Assembly (NCBI GenBank): GCA_964016885.1
Contig: OZ024743.1
Coordinates: forward strand, 315,766,001 to 315,830,000
Source: Eledone cirrhosa
Taxonomy: Eukaryota
Direction of reading: 5' to 3'
DNA: 64,000 nt
Part shown: one piece after another, positions 24,850 through 38,600 of the stretch
Position numbering within the stretch: the first letter of the stretch is position 1
Layout: every line of letters begins with the position of its first letter
Notes under the pieces: model-generated
Told to the model about the DNA's origin: nothing
Seen by the model: only the letters and a program-made list of their open reading frames with translations
Database searches by the model: none
Program-made: the position numbers and the translations under genes

Positions 24850-27800
24850 CAGTTGCATTTATCTTGCTTTATGTTCATACGAGTTATCACCAAGTCACAA
24901 CCAGTGACCTCAGGAGACAACAAGGTCTGCCATGTTCAAGAAAGAACATACATACTCACACATGCATCTTTAGTGTTTAGACTTGTGATGTACTTATATT
25001 GACAGAATCTTCCTTAGTATATGGGCAGTTCCCATTAGTACTATCTTTTGTATTTCTCCTATACGCGGGTTTCCGGGGATTTGCGATAAGTAATCATTAG
25101 ACCCCTTAGGTATCATTCCCAAAGCGCCCACAACCACTGGTATTGTTTTAGTTCTCAATTTCCACATTTTTCCAATTTTGCTCAATTTTTCAAATGTTTT
25201 TATAGATACATTCTTGTCTATTGGAACGGACATATCAATTAGCAGGCATACCCTCTTTTTAAAGTCCTTCAATATTATATCAGGGCTATTTGCATCTATT
25301 TTTCGGTCTGTTTGGATGCTAAAGTTCCAGAAGATTGAGATGTGATCTTTTTCAAGTATGGGAGGTGGTTGATGTTCCCACCAATTTTTTTGATGGGGCA
25401 GGTCAAAATGCTTACACATTATCCAATGTATGTATTGTGCAGCTCTGTCATGCCTGTTTAGGTATTCGGTTGGAGCTATAGGACTGCACATTGAAATTAT
25501 ATGGTCAATGGTCTCTGGTTGTTTTTTGCACACACGGTATAATGGGCTGCATCCATTTTTTATTATGTTGGCTTGGTAATTTTTTGTTGGCAGACACTGA
25601 TCTTGTGCTGATATAATCAGTCCTTCAGTCTCCGATTTCAGTCCAGAGGATGCCAACCACTGATGGGTTAAAGTTTTGTCAACATCAGGATTGTTAGCTC
25701 GCTCTGGGTATTTTCCATACAGAGGCTTTTCTTGCCATTTCTTAGCCAGTTTCTGTAGCAGTTCTTTCTTTGCAGTTACTTTTACCTGCTTTGCTTTTTC
25801 TGTTTTCCATTTCAGCAGTAAATGGGACTTCTGAAATTTGTAGTCCATTACTGTATCTTTGTGCATCTATTGTAATGGAATATGATCTTTTGATGCTTTC
25901 GTGTTTCAAAACGAGTTTGATCATTCAATCATGTGATTCCGTTAGATATGTAGATAATCCAATTGTTGCAGTTTTCAACGCAATTTCTAACTGGACTAAC
26001 CCACGTCCTCCTTCTTTCCTACGGATCTCTGTGCTTGACCAGTTGATGACATTGTAACTGTAGGTTACTACTGGTATGGCAAGCGTGTTTATGGCATCGA
26101 TCCTATTCCTTGCATTCAATTCCGTTTTTAAGATTGCTCTCACTCTGCGGTAACATTCCTTCCTTATCGTTTCCCTCATTGTCGAGTGCTTGATTCCGTC
26201 TCCTTCACAAACACCTAGATATTTGTAAGTTTTTTCTTGATCAAGTTCTCTTATCACGTTCCCCCGATCAAGATTAAAGCCTGAACTCTTCAGCAGCTTT
26301 CCTCTGGTGAACGTTGCTTTGGCGCATTTATCTAGTCCAAACTCCATTTTAATGTCATCACTGAACTGCTTCACAGTGGATAATAGCCCTTACAATTGTT
26401 CATCATTTTTTGCAAATAGTTTCAGGTCATCCATGTAGAACAGGTGATTAATGGTTTTGTCATAGACTTTATATCCATGTTTTGTTTCATTGAGCATTTT
26501 ACTTAATGGTATAAGTGCGATGCAGAATAAAAGCGGTGATAAAGAGTCACCCTGAAAAATTCCACAATTAATATTAACTTCTCCAGCTTCCAGTGATTTT
26601 GTTTCACTATTCAAAAGGAGTGTCGTTTTCCATGTCTTCATACTGAATGACAAAAACCTCCTGACAACGGGGGATACTTTTAAAATCTCTAAACATTTTT
26701 CAATCCAACTGTGTGGCAAACTATCAAATGCTTTTTTATAATCTATCCAAGCAATCGATAGATTTTTGTGTCTATTATGACAATCTTCCAGTATCATTTT
26801 GTTAACCAGAAGCTAATCCTTACAGCCATATGAGCCTCGTTTACACCCTTTCTGCTCAATGGGAAATAGGTCATTTGTTATCAGGTGGTCATATGTGTAT
26901 TCAGTTAGGACTGATGTTAAAATGTTATACATTGTGGTCAAGCAAGTTATCGGTCTGTAATTTTTAGAATTGTTTGTCTCATCATTCTTCGGAAACAGGA
27001 ATGTAATGCCGTTAACTAGCCATGAAGGTATCTTTTCTGGCTCCTTAACTATTTCATTGTAAAGTTGGGCTAACAGGTCATGAGACTCTGTGAAGGCATT
27101 TATCCAAAAATTTTGTATTTTGTCTTTTCCTGGGGATTTCCATTTGCTGGTTTTTCTTAGAGCCAAGCGCAACTGTTCAACTGTAATGTTTCCCCATATT
27201 TGTTCCTCAAGGTGAGCTGTATCTTTCATTTGTATGTCTATCCATGGGGCATGTATGTTATGAACTTTTTCTTCGGCCCAGATCTTTTCCCAGAATTCTT
27301 GCACTTCCTCCTTGGGTGGTATTGATATAGCAGTTATTGTTGACTTACCAATTTTTCTGTAGAAGTTTCTTTGGTTGTTTTTGAACATATTATTGTCCTT
27401 ATAGAATCTAGATCGTTTTTCAAAGCGCCTTATACGAGCAGCTTTGGCCGACACTTTTTGCTTGATTATTTCTATCAGCATGTCTATGTCACATGTTGAT
27501 TTTATACTGTACTTTTTTCAATTTTCTAAGTTTAGTTTGTTTAACATGTTCACCTACTTTATAGTTTGTTAAAATTTCTATGTCAGATCGGAGAAGGTTT
27601 ATTTGGCGATTGATGTTCTCTTGCCAAGTAGATTTCTTGTGGGAATTCCTTTGTTTTTTCATCTTCATTCCACATAAGTGAGTGGTGACTTTAGCCGATG
27701 CATAATAGAGATGATTTAAATCAGTAATGTTTAGTTTGTTTGTGATGATAATGTTTTTGAGAATTATGTTAGTCTTGTGTATTATCTTTTGGTTCTGTTT

Positions 27801-28700
27801 GGTGTTCTGGATCTTAGGGAGGGTGTCTCGTTGCCCCATGTCAGATTCTTTCATTTTCATCCATTCGATCATAATTTCATCCTTCAAGTTGGCAAGTTCA
27901 TTCTCATTCATTTCTTTATCATTTACGATCTCATTATTTTCATTTGGAGTTTCATCCTGAGCATGCACTCCCTCCACTTTTTCGATCCTTTCTTTAATTT
28001 GTTCTGTTGCCAGTGATTCCGTCCCAACCCTGGGATTCGAAGTGTTACAGTTTACCTCGTTTTCACTGACACATGTTTCATTTTCCCCTCGCTGACTTTG
28101 TGCTACTAGCTTGATCTGATCAATTTCTATATCAGTTAGTAACTTTTTTCTTACAATATTTCTTCGTATATTGGCTAGTTTGTTGCTGTCAATATAGCCT
28201 CTTTTTTCGGGATGTTTCTTTTTCCAGTTGATATATGTCTGTTCTGTATTCGATGTATTTGATGGGTAGTACATGGCAGTGTAGAAAGCCTCAAGGACTT
28301 CTTTATTATCTTCCCTTGACCATGTTTCTCTCTTTTTCTTTGGATTTCTTGGTGGTGAGCATGGAGGGCCAACAGTAGGAGTATTCCGGTTATTGGAGAT
28401 CTCCAGCTCCGAAGTGATGGGAAGGTTTGAGCCATTAGCTGATTTTTCGACCCCAGTCTGGTTCCTCTCTGAGGGACGCGGCCCTTTTTTACCCGGTATG
28501 AGATTTTATCATTAGACATTTACTTTATTTTGTCGCGTTTTATCCTTATCCGCCAAGGGGTAATCATTTCGTGTTACCACTTCTAGAACGAGTGTCAACC
28601 AAGACTAGAGGGGTCGTTCTCCCCTAGAGACACGGCTATTCCCCGCCGGCCGCCATCCCGGTATTTCTTGGTCGCAGGGTTTTCATTTTGTTGTTTTTTT
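24850..28700 (-). mobile_element. R4/Dong-like RLE LINE family B, near full length, disrupted
   Basis: GIFQGDSLSP, HLFYMDDLK, ETIDHIISMC, PDIIL. The 3' end abuts (TAT)n. Confidence 0.88.
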
Positions 28701-29601
28701 TAAAATTGTTATTATCATGAGTGGTTCCTAAATGTGAGCATTGCGTGGCTTAAGAATGAAATTATTAATAATTGTCTCCACTCCAGGCACAAGGCCAGCA
28801 ATCACCCAGTGCATTACAATAATATAATATACTTTTTGTTGTGGTTGGCTGTTATCGTTGTTGGCTATGTCGGTGGTGGAGCCGGTGCTTTTTATATTGT
28901 TGGTGAGGAAGGGGTGAGCCAGCAGTCCCATAATTGTTGATGTGGCCAGGTCACTAAGTCAATCTATTTATATCTTTTGCTAGCCTCTCCCTTGTCTAGT
29001 GATACCGCCACCTTCCCCTTTCTCTCTCAAGTTAACAGGGGAATAGTGGTGGTAGCATTGAAGGAGTGGTGGCGGCGGGGAGATGTGGGAGACAGTAGCG
29101 ACGGTATCGATACTGAGACAGTGGTGGTGGTGATGTCGATACCGAGGCAGTGGTGGCGGCGATGTGATTGTATTACTGTAGCGATGGTGTTGTAGCGGTG
29201 GCAGCAATGAGGGAGTGGTGGCGGCGGTGATGGGATAGTGGTGGTAATGATGGCAGTAGTGAGTGGTGGTGGTGAAATTGCCGTTATCTGGCTGTTGTGT
29301 TTAGTGTACACAGAGAGGTGATGGGGTAGGTGTTGTATCTAGTTTCTGGTGTTGTTTGGCTGTTCTATATAGCGTAGACAGAGGGGGGGGGGGTTCTTCT
29401 TCCATTTATAGACATTTTCTTTTTTGAATATACAATGTACAATACAAAGTTGAATATTTGAATATTTGAGCCTTATAACAATATATTTTGGGTCCGAATT
29501 TGTTTAGGGCTCAAGCCGGATGCTTTACGTAGCATTTGTACTAAGAGTTGTTATTTCACAAACGATTTAAATATGTTAAAAATTCAAAACTTACGGGAGC
29601 G

Positions 29602-29658
<57 letters not shown>

Positions 29659-29659
<1 letters not shown>

Positions 29660-30303
29660 TCATTTTTCTTGCTTTATGGAAGTGCCGTCAGCCGGACCTG
29701 TCCGAGATGCGCACAGAGCGACGAAACCGTTGTGCACGCACTCGTTCAGTGTCCGATCATTGCTGAGTGCATTGTGCAGATAGCCCCACCGTCCTCCTTT
29801 AAGGAGGAGGAAGGGCAGAGAGTTTTCATCTGCTTGGTGGCCATGGCGAAAGAGATTGTATGGTGGACAAGGTTGAAAGGATTGAAGACGGACACTTTCC
29901 TCTTCGGCGAATCCCTGATTAACTTTTTCAAATTTCAGGGTGGAGAGACAAGGCTGTCTTCAAATAAATTTGTTGAAAGGTGGGTGAAAGTGGTGAGTCT
30001 GGTCCGAGTGAACGGGCCCGCTCTGAGTATGCGCCTGTAGACTGAGGAGTGGAAAACTGAGAGAGGGCGCTTGCCCTGGTGGTCAGGGTGGCCGTGGTCG
30101 TTTGTGTGGTTTTCGCCACGAGTGACCCTCGGAAGCTTCCCCACCATTGGGGAATTTTCTGTTGTTTGAATTTTTTGGATATTTCTATCTTCCTGTTATA
30201 ACCTTTTTTTCACGGCCAAAACCCATTTTGTAACGACCTGTACCGTTCTGTGCTATCTGTAATGTTTTTCTTCATGTTAGCACTTGTGGCCAATAAAGAA
30301 ACC
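29659..30303 (+). mobile_element. 3' fragment of a Tx1 element related to family C
   Basis: CPRC..DETVVHALVQC..MAKEIVWWTRLKG, flanked by (TAT)n. Confidence 0.85.
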
Positions 30304-30340
30304 ATTATTATCATTATTATTATTATTATTATTATTATAA

Positions 30341-30530
30341 GGGCGGTGGATTGGCAGTATCGGTAGAGAGTCGGACGCCATGCTTTGACGCATAGAGTTA
30401 CGGCCCTTGTCATTCTGAGTTCAAATCCCACCGAGGTTAACTTTGCCTTTCATCCTTATGGGTTCGATTAAATAAAGTACCAGTAATGTACTGGGATAAT
30501 TGCTGGCTTTGTGCCTAAAGTAGAAACAAT
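30341..30530 (+). mobile_element. tRNA-derived SINE with (TAT)n tail
   Basis: A box TGGCAGTATCGG, B box GAGTTCAAATCC, body gcctttcatcc..gataaaataaagtaccagt. Many copies in the window. Confidence 0.85.
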
Positions 30531-30540
30531 TATTATTGTT

Positions 30541-33500
30541 CTTTGAGTCTCAGTCATTGATGTTAGTTAACTGGAAAGTTTGTTGAAATGAATATCAAGC
30601 CACTACCTACAGCCTCTGATATTTAGGACGTAACGGAGGGTTCTTGCTGTTCCCTGCAAGCATCTCCTTTGAAGTGTTCCAAAAAGCGGGGTGGGGCCAA
30701 TTTTCTTTAACCATCCCTGGAAACTTTTTGAGATAGTACCTAGTGCGCCTATGACAATCGGGACCACTTTGACTTCATGGCAGTTCCAAATCCTTTTTAC
30801 CTCCCACTTTAAGTCCTGCTATCGGTTAATTTTCTCCCTCTCCTTCTCTTGCACTCACTCTCGTGTCGAATGAGCAGGCCACATCCACAATCAGGCACGA
30901 TCTTTTTTCCTTGTCCAAAACCACCAGGTCAGGTCTATTGTGTTCCAGTTTCTTGTCCGTCTGTATCCTAAAATCCCATAGCACCTTCACTTGATCGTTT
31001 TCTATCACCGACTCTGGCTTATGCTAATACCACTTATCAGAATGTGGTAAATTGTTTACTTTGCATAGGTGCCAGTGGATCACCCTGCCGATCACATCAT
31101 GTCTCCAGCCTTTATAGTGAGTCTGGGCTAGGTGTTTACACTCGGATACAATGTGAGCCACAGTCGCCTCTCTCTCTCTCCACAGATCCTGCACAGTGGG
31201 CTAGCCTCCTCCTTGTAAATATGGTGTTTCAGCCACTTCGTTTTGAGGGCCTGCTCTTGCGCAGCCATTAGCATTCCTTCTGTAGCCTTTTTAAGGTCTC
31301 CTCTTCTCAACCAGTTCCATGTCTGTGGATCTCTGAATTCCGTTTTCTCAAAGAAGGTACTATGAAGGGATTTTTCATGAAGGCTGCTCTTTCTCCTTGT
31401 TGTTATTTCCTCCTTGGACATCCCCTGGTCTATTGTCCTTTCCTTCAGTACAATTCTGAGTATTGGCTCCTTACTATCGGTCACGTATTTGTGTAGGTTG
31501 TTTTTCTCCATCTGAACACAGTCCTCTATGCTGATAAGACATCTTCCACCTTCAAATCTCCTTAAGTAGAGTCTATCGACATCACTCCTCTTGTGGAACA
31601 TATTGTAGATAGTCAATAGCTTCCTAGTCTTACTATCCATTTCTTTTTGTTCAGCAACAAAAATTCAGAATTCCCGCACTGTACCTAATAATAGATATAG
31701 CTCGGGAATTTACTGCACTTATGGCATTCCTACTGTTCAGATGTGACTTTAATACGCTCCTTACTCTCCGAATGTATTCAGATCTTATCAATTCCTTCAT
31801 GTTTTTGTTCTTGATGTCATCAGCCTCCAGAATACCCAAATACTTGTATCCTTCTTAAGTGTCAATCTCCTTTATCATCTCAGCTGTTGGTACCTGGATT
31901 CCGTTGCTTCTGCTCAATTTACCCCTCTTCATCACAAGGACTCCACACTTACTAATACCAAATTGCATACATATATCATCGCTGAAAATACGGACAGTGT
32001 CAAAAAGCACACCCAACTCCTTCTCACTCTTCCTGAAGAGCTTCAGATCATCCATGAAGAGGAGGTGATTGATGGTAAGCTCTCCCTTTCCCAACTCGTA
32101 TTCTGCTCTCACTTTTCGCAGTATAATGGTCAGGGGCATCAGGGCAAGGACAAACAACAGAGGGGACAGACTATCTCCCTGGAAGATACCTCTCTTGATC
32201 TTCACGCCTCCCAAGGATTCTCCAGCTGATGTTAATTCTGTTTTCTAGGACTTCATACTTTTGCCCAACAACTGTCTGGTGTTATCTGCCACCTTGAAGA
32301 TCTCTAGGCTTTTGGTGATCCAAGAATGTGGCACCATGTCAAATACCTTTTTGTAGTCTATCCATCCCATGGCAAGACCAGTGTGTCTCCTCTTGCAATT
32401 CCTCATTACCATTTTATCAATAAGTAACCAGTCCTTTGTACCACGGGACTTCTTTCGGCATCTTTTCTGTTCGTCCTGTAACAAGTTGTTTATGTGCAGG
32501 TGATGGTAGATTTCCTCAGACACAATGCTTGTCAACAGTTTCCACATTACGGACAGACATATGATAGGTCTATAGTTGGTAACATCATTACCCTTGATTC
32601 GGTCTTTCAGATCTCTGGTACCTTTTTGTCAACCACTCTGGTACCTCACCTGACATCAATCAGTCATTGAACATGGTTGTCAGTTTCGGGTGGAGGGATG
32701 TTACATTTTTAATCCAATACCCCTGCACACCATCTGGGCCAGGTGATTTCCAGTTGGTTAGTTTTTTGGCCTGCCCAATAAGAGTTTCAACTGTGATACT
32801 CAAATCAGTTTGTTGGTGTGCCTGTTCACTAATCTCCTTTTGTACTGTCTCAATCCACACTGCATGGTCATTATGTTTAACATCCTGCTCCCATATTCCT
32901 CTCCAGAATGTCTTAGTTTGTTCCGCCTCAGGGGTCAAGTCGTTACCTCTTTCTTTCCCTTCAAGCCGCCCAAACAACATCTTCTGGTTGTTGTCAAACA
33001 TACGGTTCTGTCTATACTGACTGACTCTGCTCTCGTATCGCCTAATTTTTGCACTTTTTGCTACAATGCGTTGCTTCAGTTCCTCTATGATAATATTTAG
33101 CCTTTTCCTCCTAGTTTTGTACTTTATTTCCAGTCTATTTTTAGTGTCTATGTTTTTTAGTGTCCCATTCAGTAGGGACTCAAGCTTTCCAATGTCATTT
33201 CTCATTTCCCTGATTTAACCATTCAGTCGTTTCTTCCACCAAAGTTCTGATCTTTCTTGTTTGTTGTTTCCTCTCGCTTTTATGCCAAGTAATTTCCTCA
33301 CCGCATTTGCTGTTGCTTTGAGGATATTGTTGCACTGGTGAAGGCTCCTCGCCTCAAGGAATGGGATGACTTTGTTTACCTTAGCTGTTGTTTCTTTTAA
33401 CTTTTTCCTGTCTACAAATCATAGGTTCATAGGTTTCCAACTATCATTGTTCATTTCATCTACCACTAAGTTTAGGATATCAACCAAATCTTGTCCTAGC

Positions 33501-33646
33501 CCGTCAGCATTCATCTCCTCAATGGCCGTATCTTTGTTCCAGGTATTATTTATTTCAGCATTCAGATCATTGTCTGCTTCGAATGGTTCCTCCGTTCTCT
33601 CAACCTCTTCACCTTTATTTCCCACTGGGCTGTTTGCCTGGCATAC

Positions 33647-33647
<1 letters not shown>
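30541..33647 (-). mobile_element. R4/Dong-like family A copy 2, 5'-truncated
   Basis: Highly similar to 12550-15635, FMDDLK, (TAT)n at both ends. Confidence 0.9.
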
Positions 33648-33682
<35 letters not shown>

Positions 33683-33689
33683 TTATTAA

Positions 33690-33865
33690 ATGGCAGTATC
33701 GGTAGAGGGTCGGACGCCATGCTTTCCAGCATAGTTACGTCCCTTTACGATCTGAATTCAAATCCCGCCGAGGTTGACTTTGCCTTTCATCCTTACGGTG
33801 TCGATAAAATAAAGTACCAGTAATGCACTGGGTAATTGCTGGCCTTGTGCATAAAGTAGAAACAA
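33690..33865 (+). mobile_element. tRNA-derived SINE
   Basis: Same family as 30341. Confidence 0.85.
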
Positions 33866-33886
33866 TTATTATTATTATTATTATTA

Positions 33887-35575
33887 CAGTTGCATTTATC
33901 TTGCTTTATGTTCATACGAGTTATCACCAAGTCACAACCAGTGACCTCAAGAGACAACAAGGTCCGCCATGTTCAAGAAAGAACATATATATTCACACAT
34001 GCATCTTTAGTGTTTAGACTTGTGATGTACTTATATTGACAGAATCTTCCTCAGTATATGGGCAGTTCCCATTAGTACTATCTTTTGTATTTCTCCTATA
34101 CGCGGGTTTCCTGGGATTTGCGATAAGTAATCATTAGACCCCTTAGGTATCATTCCCAGAGCGCCTACAACCACTGGTATTGTTTTAGTTCTCAATTTCC
34201 ATTTTTTTCCAATTTCCATCTCCAGGTCCTTATACTTGCTCAATTTTTCAAATGTTTTTATAGATACATTCTTGTCTATTGGAATAGACATATCAATTAG
34301 CAGGCATACCCTCTTTTTAAAGTCCTTCAATATTATATCAGGTCTATTTGCATCTATTTTTCGGTCTGTTTGGATGCTAAAGTTCCAGAAGATTGAGATG
34401 TGATCTTTTTCAAGTATGGGAGGTGGTTGATGCTCCCACCAATTTTGTTGATGGGGCAGGTCAAAATGCTTACACATTATCCAATGTATGTATTGTGCAG
34501 CTCTGTCATGACTGTTTAGGTATTCGGTTGGAGCTATAGGACTGCACATTGAAATTATATGGTCAATGGTCTCTGGTTGTTTTTTGCATACACGGCATAA
34601 TGGGCTGCACCCATTTTTTATTATGTTGGCTTGGTAATATTTTGTTGGCAGACACTGATCTTGTGCCGATATAATCAGTCCTTCAGTCTCCGATTTCAGT
34701 CCAGAGGATGCCAACCACTGATGGGTTAAAGTTTTGTCAACATCAGGATTGTTAGCTCGCTCTGGGTATTTTCCATACAGAGGCTTTTCTTGCCATTTCT
34801 TAGCCAGTTTCTGTAGCAGTTCTTTCTTTGCAGTTACTTTTACCTGCTTTGCTTTTTCTATGTTTTCCATTTCAGCAGTAAATGGGACTTCTGAAATTTG
34901 TAGTCCATTACTGTATCTTTGTGCATCTTTTGTAATGGAATATGATCTTTTGATACTTTCGTGTTTCAAAACGAGTTTGATCATCCAATCATGTGATTCC
35001 CTTAGATATGTAGATAATCCAATTGTTGCAGTTTTCAACGCAATGTCAAACTGGATTAACCCACGTCCTCCTTCTTTCCTAGGGAGATATATTCTATCTA
35101 TATCTGCCTTAGGGTGATGCATTCTGTGCACGGTTAAGAATTTCCGAATGTTTGTATCGAGCCTACGGATCTCTGTGCTTGACCAGTTGATGACATTGTA
35201 ACTGTAGGTTACTACTGGTATGGCAAGCGTGTTTATGGCATCGATCCTATTCCTTGCATTCAATTCCGTTCTTAAGATTGCTCTTACTCTGCGGTAACAT
35301 TCCTTCCTTATCCTTTCCCTCATTGTCGAGTGCTTGATTCCGTCTCCTTCACAAACACCTAGATATTTGTAAGTTTTTTCTTGATCAAGTTCTCTTATCA
35401 CATTCCCCCGATCATGATTAATGTCTGAACTCTTCAGCAGCTTTCCTCTGGTGAACGTTGCTTTAGCGCATTTATCTAGTCCAAACTCCATTTTAATGTC
35501 ATCACTGAACTGCTTCACAGTGGATAATAGCCCTTGCAATTGTTCATCATTTTTTGCAAATAGTTTCAGGTCATC

Positions 35576-35578
<3 letters not shown>
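33887..35578 (-). mobile_element. R4/Dong-like family B copy 2, 5'-truncated at the YMDD motif
   Basis: Open frame 34031-35578 with CRVC..H..C and RPDIIL..IDMS..K..KY, (TAT)n on both sides. Confidence 0.9.
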
Positions 35579-35624
<46 letters not shown>

Positions 35625-38600
35625 GGCGACCTACGTAGTAAATCGTATGATCGTGAGCTCCGCAAAGGTTTGTTATTTCCGTTTGTTAAAAATTGCCATT
35701 TATGGAAAATTTTATTGTTAACTGTTTATAAGCACACATACATTGTTTTCCGAAAAGGACACCCAAAAAGATTGGGGCCTTGTGCCCAAAATTTAAACTT
35801 TTATTATTATCAAAAAATTTCTTTGAAGAAAATGGCTAATTCACCTCAGCAACAAGCAGCTGAAAGCCTTCCTCACAAATTAACACCTCACACCGACACC
35901 ACCATTGTAAATGTTACTACGTTTGCCAACACAAAAAAAAATATAAGCAGTAGCAATATTTTAAATTTGTCTCAGGCAGACATTCATTTCCCGCCATTAC
36001 CAATGACTGCCGGTGTTAAAGCCTCCACCACCACCACCACCACCACCACCGCGACAACCACCACCCCCACCACCACCGCGACAACAGAAACAAAAGAAGA
36101 AAAAAATAAATTAACTCGTGATGTCGAAATGAAATCAAGCAAAATGGACTCTTCCCCACCAAAGACGACTGACGTCACCACCACCACAACTGAAACTAAA
36201 ATTAATATTAACGATAGCAACAACAACAACAATGAAATTATAACCCCCCCCCCCTCAGTTTCGCCAGAGTAGCAAAACAATTCGAAGCATTTACGGTAAC
36301 TCAGGAAGATTTAGAAAATGCCAAACAAATGGTAAAGAAAGATGGGTACATGGTCAGCCTCCCCCCCCCCACACCTAATAAAATGGAGCATCGGAGCCTA
36401 TGCACCGTGTCGTATAGAACAATAAATGTAAAATCGCGCCGAGTGGACGGGCATCCGAGTCCCAAATCCAAAAAGCTTTGGGACATGTGTGGGCAAGAAA
36501 AACCCACATCAGACGTGGGCAAAAGTATGGAACCGTGGATGTGTTCTTTGAAACACCAGAGGAGGCTAGAGAACACTCCATGGCCCCATTAAAAAGTGAC
36601 GACTTCACACTCGTCCCAAGCTATTGTGGCCAGAGACTCGTAAAGATCAGGGTGACCCACGTTCCACCGGCCATCGAAATTCCCTGGCTAATAGCGGCTG
36701 TCATCGCCGGCATCGAAGCCAACACGAAAATAATAGCAATAGCAAAAGAAAAGCAGGAAAACTGGTCCGGATCTGGGATGGAGCTCCTGATCCAAGCGGA
36801 CCAAAAAAGCATTGAGGAGATCCCAGAGGTAATAGACCTCACTGACGGCAGCCACCTCACGGTAATTGTCGAGGGCAGAAGACCTAGGTGTGTCGTTTGT
36901 GGTGAAGGAACCCACCTAAGGGCTTTCTGCCCTCAGGCAAATAGGTTGAGGCCACCTCTCCTACCCACCCCAGTGACACAACCATCAACACCACCAGTAG
37001 CAGAGATGGCAGCAACAACTGTAGCAGCAACAACAGAAGCAACTATAACAGCAACAACCCCAGCAACAGTAGCAAAACCAACACCACTACCACCACCAGC
37101 AAAACCAACACCACCACCACCCAACGCTTCAGAACTAGCACCAGCGCCTACACCATCCACCACACCACAACCAAAACTAACGGCTGTGGAGGATTTTCCA
37201 CTCCCCGGCCTATCACAACTGGAGACAGATTGTGACGACGAGGAGTGGGAAACGATATCCGGAAAAAAAAAAGAAACCAAAAAAGAAAAAATTCTCTTCC
37301 TTCCCCCTCCAAAAACAAAATACAGAGGGAAACAAATAAATTAAGAAACAAAAAAGTTAGGACAGATATGCCACCATCCACACCAGCATCACCAACCCCA
37401 TCAACCCAAACACCAACACCATCACCATCATTAACCCAGCACCACCATCACCTACACCACAAAAGTCACCAAAATGCGAAACAGAAACAAACCCACAACA
37501 AACGCAAACAAAACAAAACAACCAAAACGATACACACTACACAGCATTAAATTTGAACAACAAGCAATTATTACACTACATCCAGCACAACACCAGCATC
37601 ACAGAAAAAGACTACACAACAAATTCACACCACCTCCACACATACAAATCACTCGCATCACACAGAAAACGTACATGACACTAAAACAAAAATTCCCCAA
37701 AGACATCGGAGACTTCCGACAAGCACTCTCCAGGAGGATTTATAAGGACATCCTTCCTGAGGAGGCCACAAGCAGTGAAAAGGATGGAAAAACCGTCCTT
37801 CCCCTACGAGAAGTAAGGTAAGTGATCTTTCCCATCTTTTCCACTCCTTTTCAACATGACCTCACTCAGAATAGGCAGCATAAATGCGCGTGGCTTGGGG
37901 TCGTCATGGAAGCAGGGCCACCTGCTCAACGACCTCAGGTCACTAAACATAGATGTAGTGGCCATCAGCGAGACCAGAATCTCCGAAGCACAGGCTTTCG
38001 CACCGATCTTCGGCGGCTACGATGTGTACGCATCTCCCAGCCGTCCGGGATCGGGGGGAGGAGTTGCTGTGCTTTTCCGGAGAGGTTTGGATCTTGCAAT
38101 ACGGGCCATCTTCCTGGACCCAGAAGGTAAGTTGGTGGTGCTGGACGTGACCAGCGGAGACGGGCAAGCTTTCAGGTTAGTGGCCGTCTATGCCCCGACA
38201 GGATCAGGGCGGCCTGATTTCTTCCGGCGTCTGGAGACCTTTCTTGGAACGTCCCGCTCTTTAGGGTTAGTGGGCGACTGGAACGGGATCTTAGATGCAC
38301 GCTGGGATTGTGTGGGATTAGTGGATAGGGAAGGAGGGTGCAAGAGTCTCACCAACCTGCTCAGACGTTTTGAACTGTCTGACAGGTACCGAATGGATTT
38401 CCCGAATGTACCAATGTGGACTTGGACAAATCGCATAGGGTCATCCAGATCATATCTAGATAGAGTATTTTGTAGGGAAATAGATAGGTCTAGCATAGGC
38501 TGTCCACAATTCAAGATAGTCAGCTACACGGACCACAAATTCGTGATCTGTGTGCTTGCTTCATAGACGAGGACCCGGCTACTGGAAGCTAAACGCGTCC

